A program made the position numbers and the translations under genes. A stretch of DNA of 64,000 nucleotides from an uncultured Solirubrobacterales bacterium (GTDB lineage: Bacteria; Actinomycetota; Thermoleophilia; Solirubrobacterales; 70-9), in contig CAWHIW010000017.1 in the NCBI GenBank assembly GCA_963829445.1, positions 89,225 to 153,224 on the forward strand, written 5' to 3'. Numbering within the stretch: position 1 is the first letter of the stretch; the number at the start of each line of letters is the position of its first letter. The notes under the pieces were generated by a model. That model was given only the letters and a program-made list of their open reading frames with translations. It was not told the DNA's origin and made no database searches. Of this stretch, positions 1 to 9,688 are shown in pieces.

Positions 1-56
1 ATGAGCGGAGTGGAACCCACATCGCAATCTGGTTCTCTGCGGGTTTCGCGGAGCGG

Positions 57-434
57 GTGCTTCAAATGAACGAGGTGCTGGCAATCCTGATCGCGGTCGC
101 CGGCGGGCTCGCCGGGGGGCTGGTCGGCGTCGGCGGCGGCGTCCTCTTCGTGCCGGCGCTGACGATCTTCCTCGGCCTCAGCCAGGTCGAGGCCGAGTCG
201 ACCTCGCTGCTGACGATCGTGCTCGTCGCCCTGGTCGGCGCCTACCGCCAGAACGGCTACGGCAACGTCCGTATCCGCGAGGCGCTGATCATCGGCGCCC
301 TCTCCCCGCTCGGCGTCCTGATCGGCGTCGCCGTCGCCAACAACGTCCCCGAACGCGCCCTGCAGCTCGGCTTCGCCGCCCTCGCCCTCTTCTTCGCCTT
401 CCAGCTGGTCCGCCGCGCCCGCGCCGCCGCCTAG
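57..434 (+). CDS. TSUP (TauE/SafE) family membrane protein, half-size (about 4 TM)
   Basis: 125-aa hydrophobic ORF with a Gly-rich TM motif (GGLAGGLVGVGGGVLFVP) typical of TauE/SafE-type permeases. An alternative ATG start lies at 66. Confidence 0.55.
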   Translation: MLQMNEVLAILIAVAGGLAGGLVGVGGGVLFVPALTIFLGLSQVEAESTSLLTIVLVALVGAYRQNGYGNVRIREALIIGALSPLGVLIGVAVANNVPERALQLGFAALALFFAFQLVRRARAAA

Positions 435-507
435 TCCCTCCTATTGCTGTGGTAGCGGGGTAGGCGAACTGTATTTCGTGGGAAAGGAACCGCGCAACCC
501 GGACCTG

Positions 508-1131
508 CTAGCCGGAGGAGCCGACCGCCTCGGCCGCCTGCAGCGAGCCGATCAGGGCGAGGCCGAGCAGCTCGCGCAGCTCGTCGCGGCCGAGGTCGCG
601 GCTGCTCGAGCCAGCGCAGCACCGACCCTTCGATGAAGAAGAACCAGCCCTGGACGGCGGTCTCCAGGGCGGGGGTGCGCTCGACGCTGGCCGGCGGCTG
701 CCTCCCAGGCTGGCGAGGGACTCGATCACCGCGTCCATCCGCTGCTGGCGCCCGGCCTCCAGCGCCGCCTGGATCTCGGGGTCGCCGCCGCCGCGGCTGC
801 GGAAGATCGCCGCGTAGGCGGCCTCGTGTTCCTCGACGAAGTCGAGGAAGCGGTCGAGGCTGGCGGCGAGCTGCTCGGCGGGGGGGAGGTCGGGGTCGGG
901 GGCGGTCAGCGCCGCCAGCTCGTCCTGGCCGCGCTCGAGGGCGGCGATGAGGAAGTCCTTCTTGGTCGGGAAGTAGTGGTAGAGCAGCCCCTTGGAGACG
1001 CCGGCGGCGCGGGCGATCTCCTCGATCGAGACCTCGTCGAAGGGGCGGGTGGCGAGCAGGCGGGCTCCGGAGGCGAGCAACTGCTCGCGCCGGGCATCGG
1101 TGCTGAGCCGGCGTTTCTGGGTCAGCTCCAT
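508..1131 (-). CDS. TetR family transcriptional regulator (C-terminal region frame-disrupted twice)
   Basis: N-terminal HTH (FDEVSIEEIARAAGVSKGLLYHYFPTKKDF). Between about 605 and 715 the plausible sequence (SVERTPALETAVQGWFFFIEGSVLRWLEQ) lies in another frame. Divergent from the P450 gene. Confidence 0.8.
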   Translation of the reverse strand: MELTQKRRLSTDARREQLLASGARLLATRPFDEVSIEEIARAAGVSKGLLYHYFPTKKDFLIAALERGQDELAALTAPDPDLPPAEQLAASLDRFLDFVEEHEAAYAAIFRSRGGGDPEIQAALEAGRQQRMDAVIESLASLGGSRRPASSAPPPWRPPSRAGSSSSKGRCCAGSSSRDLGRDELRELLGLALIGSLQAAEAVGSSG

Positions 1132-1152
1132 CGGGACGGAGGCTATTCGCTA

Positions 1153-1209
1153 TTGACCACTGAGTTCAATAGCTGCTAGAAATCCCAGCACTATTGAACT
1201 GACGGTCAA
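1153..1209. promoter_or_regulatory. Candidate TetR operator: inverted repeat in the TetR/P450 divergent region
   Basis: TTGACCACTGAGTTCAATAG (1153-1172) and CTATTGAACTGACGGTCAA (1191-1209) are near-perfect reverse complements. The stretch is AT-richer and lies between two divergent start codons. Confidence 0.5.
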
Positions 1210-1234
1210 CAAACCGCAGGACGCGACGCCGGCG

Positions 1235-2562
<1,328 letters not shown>

Positions 2563-2566
<4 letters not shown>

Positions 2567-4029
2567 CCCCCGCCAAAAGCGCGCCGACGGGCCTCAAACG
2601 TCCAGATAGCGGACGCGATAGGCCCATCGACCCCTTGGACGGGCTGGTCGGGCAGGCGGCGGCGCTGGTGGAGGGGGAGGTGAGCTCGCGGGAGCTGACC
2701 GAGCGCTCACTGGCGCGGATCGAGGCGACGCAGCCGACCCTGAACGCGTTCCGCGTCGTCTGCGCCGAGCAGGCCCTGGCCGACGCCGACGAGGCCGACC
2801 GCCGCCTCGCCGCCGGCGAGCGGGCGCCGCTGCTGGGGGTGCCGGTGGCGATCAAGGACGACGTCGACCTCGCCGGCCACGCGACCCCGTTCGGCTGCGC
2901 CGGCGAGCACCCGGCGGCCGAGCGCGACGCCGAGCCGGTCCGGCGCCTGCGCGCGGCGGGCGCGATCGTCGTCGGCAAGACCAACGCGCCCGAGGTCGGC
3001 CAGTGGCACTTCTCCGAGACCGAGGCCTTCGGCGCCACCCGCAACCCCTGGCACCCCGAGCACACGCCGGGCGGCTCCAGCGGCGGCGCCGCGGCGGCCG
3101 TCGCGGCCGGGATCGTCGCCGGCGCGATGGGCTCCGACGGCGCCGGCTCGATCCGCATCCCCGCCGCCTGGACCAACCTGGTCGGACTCAAGCCCCAGCG
3201 CGGCCGCGTCTCCACCTGGCCCGACGCCGAGGCCTTCAACGGCCTCAGTTGTTACGGCCCGCTGGCCCGCGACGTCGCCGACACGGCGCTGCTGCTCGAC
3301 GTCCTCGCCGGCAACGTCCCGGCCGACCGCCACCACGTCGCGGCCCCGGCCGAGCCCTTCGCGGCCGCCGCCGCCCGCCCGCCGCAGCGGCTCCGCATCG
3401 CCCTCTCCTTCGCCACCCCCGTCGGCGCCCCGGGCAAGGTCGACCCCGAGCACCGGGCGGCGGTCGAGGCGCTGGCCGTGAGCGCTGGCCGAGCTCGGCC
3501 ACGAGGTCGAGCCCGCGACCCCGACTACGGGCTGGTCGGGGCGGCGCTGATCCCGCGCGGGATGTCGGCGGTCGAGGCCTGGCTGCGCGAGCGCGAGGTC
3601 GACCGCGCCCAGCTCGAACCGCGCACCCGCGTCCACGCCCGCATGGGCCGCCTGCTCGGCGGCGCCCCGCTGCGCGCCGCCCGCGCCGCCGAGCTGCCGT
3701 TCCGCCGCCGCATGGGGGCGATCTTCGACGACGTCGACCTCGTCCTCACCCCGACCACGGCGCTGCCGCCGCCCCGCATCGACCACCTCAAGGGCCGCGG
3801 CTACTGGGCGACCAGCACCGCCGCCAGCGCCGCCTGTCCCTTCGCCTGGCCCTGGAACGTGGTCGGCTGGCCGGCGCTCAGCGTCCCCGCCGGCTTCACC
3901 GCCGCCGGCCTGCCGATCGGCGCCCAGCTGGTCGCGCCGGCCGCAAGCGAGGCGCTGCTGCTCTCGCTGGCGGCGCAGCTGGAGCAAGGCCGGCGCTGGC
4001 ACGAGCAGCAGCCGCCGGCCTCGCACTAG
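2563..4029 (+). CDS. Amidase (amidase-signature family; frame excursion at about 3480-3530)
   Basis: Amidase signature GGSSGGAAAAVAAG and KDDVDLAG are present. LAELGHEVEPATPDYG is readable only in another frame near 3481. An alternative in-frame TTG start at 2635 would place repeat C1 outside the CDS. Confidence 0.85.
2584..2631 (+). repeat. Family C hairpin repeat, copy C1
   Basis: CCGACGGGCCTCAAACGTCCAGATAGCGGACGCGATAGGCCCATCGAC. The outer stem is CGACGGGCC/GGCCCATCG and the inner stem ACGTCC/GGACG. It matches copies at 40895 and 57580. Confidence 0.6.
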
Positions 4030-4077
4030 CGTCCGCGCCCTTACTGCGCGGTTAACTCCATCGTCTACGCTCAGAGC

Positions 4078-4947
4078 GTGGATTCGCTCACCTGGGAAGG
4101 CGACCTGCCGCATCTGCGATCACCGGTCATGGTCTGCGCTTTTCGCGGCTGGAACGACGCCGCCGCCGCCGCCTCGACCGCGCTCGGCGCCATCGCCTCC
4201 TCCTTCGACTCCGAGCTGATCGCCAAGGTCGACCCCGAGGACTACTTCGACTTCCAGTCGACGCGGCCGACGATCGTCCTCAGCGAGGGCCGGACCCGCC
4301 GCATCGAGTGGCCGGAGAACAACCTCGTCGCGGTCCGGGTCCCGACCGCCGACCGCGACCTGGTCCTGCTCGACGGGACCGAGCCGAACCTGCGCTGGCG
4401 CACCTTCTCGGAGACGATCGCGACCGCCGCCGACGCGCTCGGGGTCGAGCTGGTGATCACCCTCGGCGCCCTGATCGCCGAGGTCTCCCACACCCTGCCG
4501 GTGCCGATCACCGGGCTCGCCTCCGACCAGGAGCTGGTCGAAGAGCTCGAACTCGAGCGCTCCAACTACGAGGGGCCGACCGGGATCGTCGGCGTCGTCC
4601 ACGACCTCTGCCGCCAGGCCGGGATCAGCTCCGCCTCGCTCTGGGCGGCGGTGCCGCACTACGTCGCCGCCGTCCCCAACCCGAAAGCGGCGCTGGCGCT
4701 GCTGCGCCGGCTCGAGGGCCTGACCGGGATCGCCGTCGAGGCCTCCGAGCTGGAGGAGGAAACGAGCGACTACGAGGAGCAGATCGGCCGCGCGATCGCC
4801 GCCAACCCGGAGATCGAGGAGCTGGTCTCGCGGATCGAGGCCGAACAGGTCGACCTGCTGACCGAGGAGGGCGAGGACCTGCCCTCGGCCGACTCCATCG
4901 CCCGCGAGTTCCAGCGCTTCCTGCGCCAGCGCGGCGACGGCCAGTAG
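4078..4947 (+). CDS. PAC2 (proteasome assembly chaperone 2-like) family protein
   Basis: Intact 289-aa ORF with a GTG start. It shows the typical actinobacterial PAC2 pattern (VMVCAFRGWNDA...YEGPTGIVGV...AAVPHYV) and an acidic C-terminus. Confidence 0.8.
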   Translation: MDSLTWEGDLPHLRSPVMVCAFRGWNDAAAAASTALGAIASSFDSELIAKVDPEDYFDFQSTRPTIVLSEGRTRRIEWPENNLVAVRVPTADRDLVLLDGTEPNLRWRTFSETIATAADALGVELVITLGALIAEVSHTLPVPITGLASDQELVEELELERSNYEGPTGIVGVVHDLCRQAGISSASLWAAVPHYVAAVPNPKAALALLRRLEGLTGIAVEASELEEETSDYEEQIGRAIAANPEIEELVSRIEAEQVDLLTEEGEDLPSADSIAREFQRFLRQRGDGQ

Positions 4948-4961
4948 AGGACGCTGCAAAC

Positions 4962-5030
4962 CGGCGCATCTCGGCGTCCTCGGTCGGTCATGTGCAGAGC
5001 ACACTCCCTCCTCGTCCTTGAGCTGCTTGG
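4962..5030 (+). repeat. Family E 3-prime-end structured repeat, copy E1
   Basis: The core CGGCGCATCTCGGCGTCCTCGGTC...GTGCAGAGCAC...TCCCTCCTCGTCCTTGAGCTGCTTGG is shared with 16860-16929 (+) and 61264-61336 (-). It is bracketed by a 10-bp inverted repeat (4945-4954 / 5036-5045) that contains both convergent stop codons. Confidence 0.6.
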
Positions 5031-5043
5031 TTTTCGCGTCCTC

Positions 5044-8000
5044 TAGGACTCGGCGGCCGGGCAGATCAGGCGGTAGTCGCACCAGCCGCAGACGCTGGGG
5101 GAGGGGCGCGGCTCGAAGTCCTGGCTGAGCACGCCCTCGCCGACCTGCAGCACCGTGCGCTCGACCCGCTCGGCGTCGTCGGGCTTGGTCGGCGCCGCCA
5201 CCTTGTCGGCGTCGAGCACGTAGTAGTAGCTGCCGAGACTGGCCTCGACCTCCCAGGCCTCGCGGGCGGCGAGCCGGTAGAGCGCCAGCTGCAGGTCGTT
5301 CTCCAGCTCGGCCTCGGTGCGGCGCTCGCCGGTCTTGTAGTCGATCAGCTCGTAGTCGCCGTCGGGCAGGCGGTCGACGCGGTCGACGCGGCCGCGGACG
5401 TGGTGCTCGCCGACCTTGAAGTCGAACTTCTTCTCCAGCCAGACCGGTTCGCCCTCGGCGACCCGCTCGCGCTCCCAGTAGAGCCGCAGCGCCTCGCGGG
5501 CGCGGTCGCGGAACTGCAGCTCGTCGTCGGTGGCGCCGAAGCCGGTGCGCCGCCAGCCGGTCTCGAAGAGGCTGCGTCAGCTGGGCCAGCCCTTCCTCGT
5601 CGTTCTGCGGCGGCTCCTTGTGGAAGCGCTCGAGCACGTTGTGGATGAGGATCCCGAAGCGCTGGTTGATCGTCGGCTCCTGCGGGATCCCGAAGACGCG
5701 GGCGAACTTGTACTTCAGCGGGCAGGTCAGGTAGAGGCTGAGGTCGGAGGCCGAGAGGCTGAGCATGCCGTCGCCGCGGCGGGGCAGGAAGGCCTCCAGC
5801 GAGGGCTCCTCGCGGGCGGCGATCAGCTCGCGCCGGCGGCCCTGCTCGTCCTCGGCGTCGAGCAGGTAGGAGTCGAGCGAGGAGGCGTCGAGCTCGGCCT
5901 GCTGCTCGGGGGTCGCGACCTGGCGCAGGAGCCCGTTGACCGCCTCGACCGCCTCCGCCGTCGGCTCGTCCCCGGGGCGCTGCGCCAGCGCCGCCAGCTT
6001 CAGCAGCTCGAGGTAGCGGGCGATCGCCCGGTTGACGTCGATCGCCGTGTCCAGGCGCGGCTCGGAGAGCTCGCGCCCGGCCTTCCAGGAGGCCTCCAGC
6101 ACCTGCTCGCGCAGGGTCCGGTAGGTCGCGTGCAGGCCCTCGGCGGGCCCGAACAGCTCCTCGCCGTGCTCCTCCTCGCCGGCGTCTGTCGCCGCCAGCG
6201 CCTGCTCGTAGAAGCGGGAGGGCCGCGCCTCTCCCTCCTCGCCGCGCTCGACCCGGGAGAGGACGAGGCGGCTGCGGGCCGGCCAGCCGATCCGCGCCCA
6301 CTCGGCTTCGCCCTCGAGCCCGAGCACGAAGACGTGGTCGAAGCCGATCCCCTTGACCGCGTCCATCGCCATCCCCTGGACCGAAGCCGGCGACGGCGGC
6401 TCCTCGCCGCCGGCCGGCTCGACGCCGGCCTCGGCGACGGCGCTGAGGTAGGCGACGAAGCCGCGGGTCGAGCCATGCGGCTCGCGCCGCGTCCAGGCGG
6501 TCGCCAGCTCGGCCAGCCGCGAGAGCCCGAGCAGCCGCTCGGCGACCTCGGGCTGGGCGGCGAAGAGGCGCTGGCGGCGCAGGCCGACGCGCTCGATCAG
6601 CCGCCGCACGAAGACGTCGGCGCGGCGCTCCTCCATCGCCGCCGAGGCGGCGTTGTAGAGCTTGAGGAAGGACTGGATCCGCTCCCGCGCCTCGGGCTGG
6701 AACTGGGGGCTGTCGAGCGCGGCCTCGCAGGCGGCGACCATGTCCTGCTTGCGCCGCCGCGCGATCGTCGTCAGCCGCGCCAGGTCGCCGGGACGCAGTT
6801 CGATCGGCGGCCGCGTCAGCGCCCGGGCCACCGCCGGCGAGTCGTCGGGGTCGGCGAGCGCCCGCAGCCAGGCGATCGCGTCGCGCACCTCGGGCCGCTG
6901 GAAGAGGGCGGCGGGGCCGGAGAGGTGGAAGGGGATGCCGCGCTCCTCCATCGCCGCCGCGACCGTGCCGCCCTGGCCGGCCGGCTCGGCGACGAGGACG
7001 CAGATCTCCTGCGGGTCGGCCCCGGCGGCCAGCAGGTGCTCGACCTCGCGGGCGACGGCCTGGGACTGGGCGCGCTCGTTCGAGCACTTCCAGAACCGGA
7101 CCGCGGGCTCGCGGAATCGGTGCTCCAGAAGCACTACGTCGCCGTCGGGATGGAGGTCGCGGAACCACAGGGCTGGTGCGTGGCCCGATGGGGAGTCCTG
7201 CGGGCGGGCGGGGGCGTCCGTTCTCGGACTCCCCATCGGGCCCCTCTCCGGCGCGGGGCTGGGTCGGTCTCCTCGAGCGCGTAGAGGTGGTTCGGGTTGT
7301 CGGTGGCGAGGGCGGTCAGGAGGGCGCGTTGAGCTGGGGTTGCCTCCTCGAGCTCGTCGACCATCAGGTATTCGAAGCGCTTGGCGATTTGGCTCGCGGG
7401 CGTCGGGGCGTTCGGCGAAGAGGCAGTCGAGGGCGAGGAAGACGTCGCCGTGGTCGAGGCTGCCGGCGCCGGCGAGGATGCGGTCGTGGGCTGTGTAGAG
7501 CTCGGCGAACTCGAGCTCGCGCCGGGCGGCCTCCGCCGCCGGCCTCGTCGTCGGCGCCATTCCCGGCCTCGCGGGCGCGCTGCTCCAGCCGCGTCGGCCC
7601 GACCCGATCCGCCTTCAGCGCGTCGATCCGGGCCAGCAGCCGGGCCAGCAGGCCGGCCGGGTTGCCGCGGATCTCGTGCCGGCGCAGCGGCAGCTGGTCG
7701 AGGCGGTCGAGCAGCATCGCCAGCCGCTCGGCCGGCCCGAGCACGTCGAAGAAGGGGTCGAGGCCGGCGGCCTCGGCGTGGTCGCGCAGCAGGCGCTCGC
7801 CGATCGTGTCCCAGCTGCCGATCCAGAGCTCCTCGAACGGCCCCGGCAGCAGCGCCTCGGCCTTTTCGCGCAGGCGCCGGGCGGTGGCGCGGGTGGAGCC
7901 GATCAGCAGGACCCGCTCGGGCGCCGTCCCGTCCGCGGCCAGCCGCGCCAGCCGCCGCGCCAGCAGCTCGGTCTTGCCGGTTCCGGCGGCGCCGAGGACC

Positions 8001-8083
8001 AGCAGCGGACCCTCGCCGTGGGCGATCGCCCGCTCGCGTCCCCCGGTCTCAACAGCCGCCGTCGGTTGCCCCTCGCGCATCAC
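5044..8083 (-). CDS. UvrD/REP-family helicase fused to a Cas4/AddB-like PD-(D/E)xK Fe-S nuclease domain (at least 4 frame breaks)
   Basis: Walker A GAAGTGKT near the N-terminus and motif II MVDELEE. The C-terminal nuclease has DRVDRLPDGDYELIDYKTG and a four-Cys pattern (YLTCP ... CGWCDYRLICP). The pieces are spread over the ORFs 7364..8083, 7134..7364, 4120..7560 and a fourth frame for the last about 170 aa. Confidence 0.85.
7182..7242 (+). repeat. Family B conserved-loop hairpin, copy B1 (inside the helicase gene)
   Basis: GGCCCGATGGGGAGTCC-TGCGGGCGGGCGGGGGCGTCCGTTCTC-GGACTCCCCATCGGGCC: a perfect 17-bp stem whose loop is shared with copies at 39694 and 37269. Confidence 0.65.
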
Positions 8084-8113
8084 CCAACGCTAGCGCGACG
8101 TAGCATCCGGCCG

Positions 8114-8946
8114 ATGGACGTTTTCTCCGCAGACTGGCTGGGAATCTGCCGCCGCGCCGTGGCGGCCCAGCGGGCGATCTTCAGCGCCACCGCGAGCAGC
8201 GAGGAGCGCACCGTCTACGAGGGCGTCGGCGAGGGGGGAGACCACACCCTCGAGATCGACCGCCGCTGCGAGGACGTCGTCTTCGCCGAGCTGGAGGCGC
8301 TGGCGGCGCAGGGAGCCTCCTTCGTCGCCGTCTCCGAGGAGCGGGGCGAGGTCGAGTTCGGCGGCGGCGGCGCCGCCCGGGTGGTGATCGACCCGATCGA
8401 CGGCTCGCTCAACGCCCGCCGCACGATCCCCTCGCACAGCCTCAGCATCGCCGTCGCCTCCGGCGCCTCGATGGCCGACGTCGAGTTCGGCTTCGTCCAT
8501 GACTTCGGCGCCGACGAGGAGTTCGCCGCCCGCCGCGGCGAGGGGGCAACGCTCGGCGACGGCGCCATCGCCGGTCGTCGCCGAGGCCGAGAAGCTGGAG
8601 GTGGTCGGCCTGGAGTCGGCCGAGCCGGAGTGGTCGCTGCCGGCGCTGCGAGTCTCTGGCCGGCAGGGCCTACAGGTTGCGGGTGGTCGGCTCGATCGCG
8701 ATCACCGCCTCTTATGTCGGGGCCGGCCGCTTCGACGCGATGCTGAGCCTGCGTTCCTGCCGCTCGGTCGACGCCGCCGCGGCGCAGCTGATCGTGCGCG
8801 AGGCGGGCGGGGCGGTCGCCTTCGGCGATCTCGCCCTGGAGGAGGCGGCCCTCGATCTCGAGGCCCGCTACCCGATCGCCGCCGCCTGCGGCCCCGCCGC
8901 CCTGGCGACGGTGCGCGCCGCGCAGGCCGCGGCCGCGGCCGTGTAA
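8114..8946 (+). CDS. Inositol monophosphatase / FBPase (SuhB-like) family protein (two frame breaks at about 8570-8680)
   Basis: Motifs EEG-like SEERGE, VIDPIDGSLN and the C-terminal RVVGSIAITASYVGAGRFDAML..VDAAAAQLIVREAGG (frame of ORF 8677..8946). Confidence 0.8.
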
Positions 8947-8968
8947 CCACTTCCCCAAAAGAGGTTAG

Positions 8969-8998
8969 GAACGTGTGTTCGCAAAAGAACGTACGTTC
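8969..8998. promoter_or_regulatory. Two tandem LexA/SOS (Cheo-type) boxes
   Basis: GAACGTGTGTTC (8969-8980) and GAACGTACGTTC (8987-8998). Both fit GAAC-N4-GTTC(G), lie in an AT-richer spacer and sit 57-86 nt upstream of the ATG at 9055. Confidence 0.6.
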
Positions 8999-9054
8999 GT
9001 TACACTCGCCGAACGCCCAGGCAGGCAAACAAAATTCGAAGGGATTCAACTTTC

Positions 9055-9546
9055 ATGGCAGACACGAAAAACGGCAGCAAATCCAAAACTCAGGCCAAAC
9101 GCGCGACCACCGAAGCCAAAAAATCGGCTACGTCCACCGCCAAAGCCACTAAACGCGCCGCCACCAAGACGGCCGTCGCGCAGAAGAACCAGGTCCAGAC
9201 CGTGGCCGAGTCCGCCGTCGACGTGCCGGTCGGCATCGTCCTCAGCGTCAGCGACCGCGTCTCCGATCTGGTCGAGCCGTGGACCGGCCGCAGCAGCGCC
9301 GAGAAGCAGCTCAAGTCCTACCGCACGCAGCTGCGCAAAACCGTCAAGCGCACCGAGCGTCGCGGCACCAGCGCCCGCCGCAAGGCGACCACCGAGGCCC
9401 GCAAGACCCGCAACCGGGTCGAGCGCGAAGCCCGCAAGCACCAGCGCACGGTCGAGACGACCCTGAAGCAGCAGCGCAACGAGGTCGAGTCCCGCGTCCA
9501 GGGCCTCGTTGATCAGGTGACTGATCAACTCGCAGCTCTCAGGTAG
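9055..9546 (+). CDS. Lys/Arg-rich coiled-coil protein of unknown function (HbhA/histone-tail-like composition)
   Basis: Intact 163-aa ORF. It has an N-terminal AKK/TKR-rich tail, a short hydrophobic core (VDVPVGIVLSVSDRVSDLVEPW) and a basic heptad-like C-terminus. An intrinsic terminator follows. Confidence 0.7.
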   Translation: MADTKNGSKSKTQAKRATTEAKKSATSTAKATKRAATKTAVAQKNQVQTVAESAVDVPVGIVLSVSDRVSDLVEPWTGRSSAEKQLKSYRTQLRKTVKRTERRGTSARRKATTEARKTRNRVEREARKHQRTVETTLKQQRNEVESRVQGLVDQVTDQLAALR

Positions 9547-9603
9547 GAGTGCACAGGACGCGGCACTGAGAACGTCCAGGACACGGCGCGGATGCGCCCT
9601 CTC

Positions 9604-9641
9604 AAAAGACCCCGTGTGGAACCACCACACGGGGTCTTTTT
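9604..9641. terminator. Bidirectional intrinsic terminator between convergent genes
   Basis: AAAAGACCCCGTGTGG-AACC-ACCACACGGGGTCTTTTT, with an A-run on one side and a T-run on the other. It is nested inside a second 17-bp inverted repeat (9566-9582 / 9659-9675). Confidence 0.75.
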
Positions 9642-9688
9642 CGTGAACGCCCCGCTTGGTCCTGGACGTTCTCAGTCACAACGAGCAG

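Noticed and set aside
2707-4113. Very long alternative-frame or antisense ORFs in the six-frame track (e.g. 2707..4113-, 24799..27057+, 49611..51752-, 55795..59154-, 20116..22557+, 11725..13230+, 34446..36881+).
   Set aside because: Their translations are Arg/Ala/Gly/Pro-rich low-complexity strings typical of non-coding frames in a GC-rich genome, where stop codons are rare. Each overlaps a gene with clear family motifs on the other strand or frame.
5044-8083. The helicase-nuclease as half of an AdnAB/AddAB-type or defence-system operon.
   Set aside because: No second helicase-nuclease subunit or other defence-type gene is adjacent. Its neighbours are a convergent PAC2 gene and a divergently oriented inositol monophosphatase-family gene. 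I therefore annotate only domain content.
8947-9054. A tRNA or small RNA gene in the AT-richer spacers (8947-9054, 16812-16990, 54946-55089).
   Set aside because: I could not find cloverleaf-compatible acceptor/T-arm sequences (there is no GTTCGAATC-like T-loop) or other known RNA motifs. These regions are better explained by operator boxes, repeat E3 and a promoter/RBS region.
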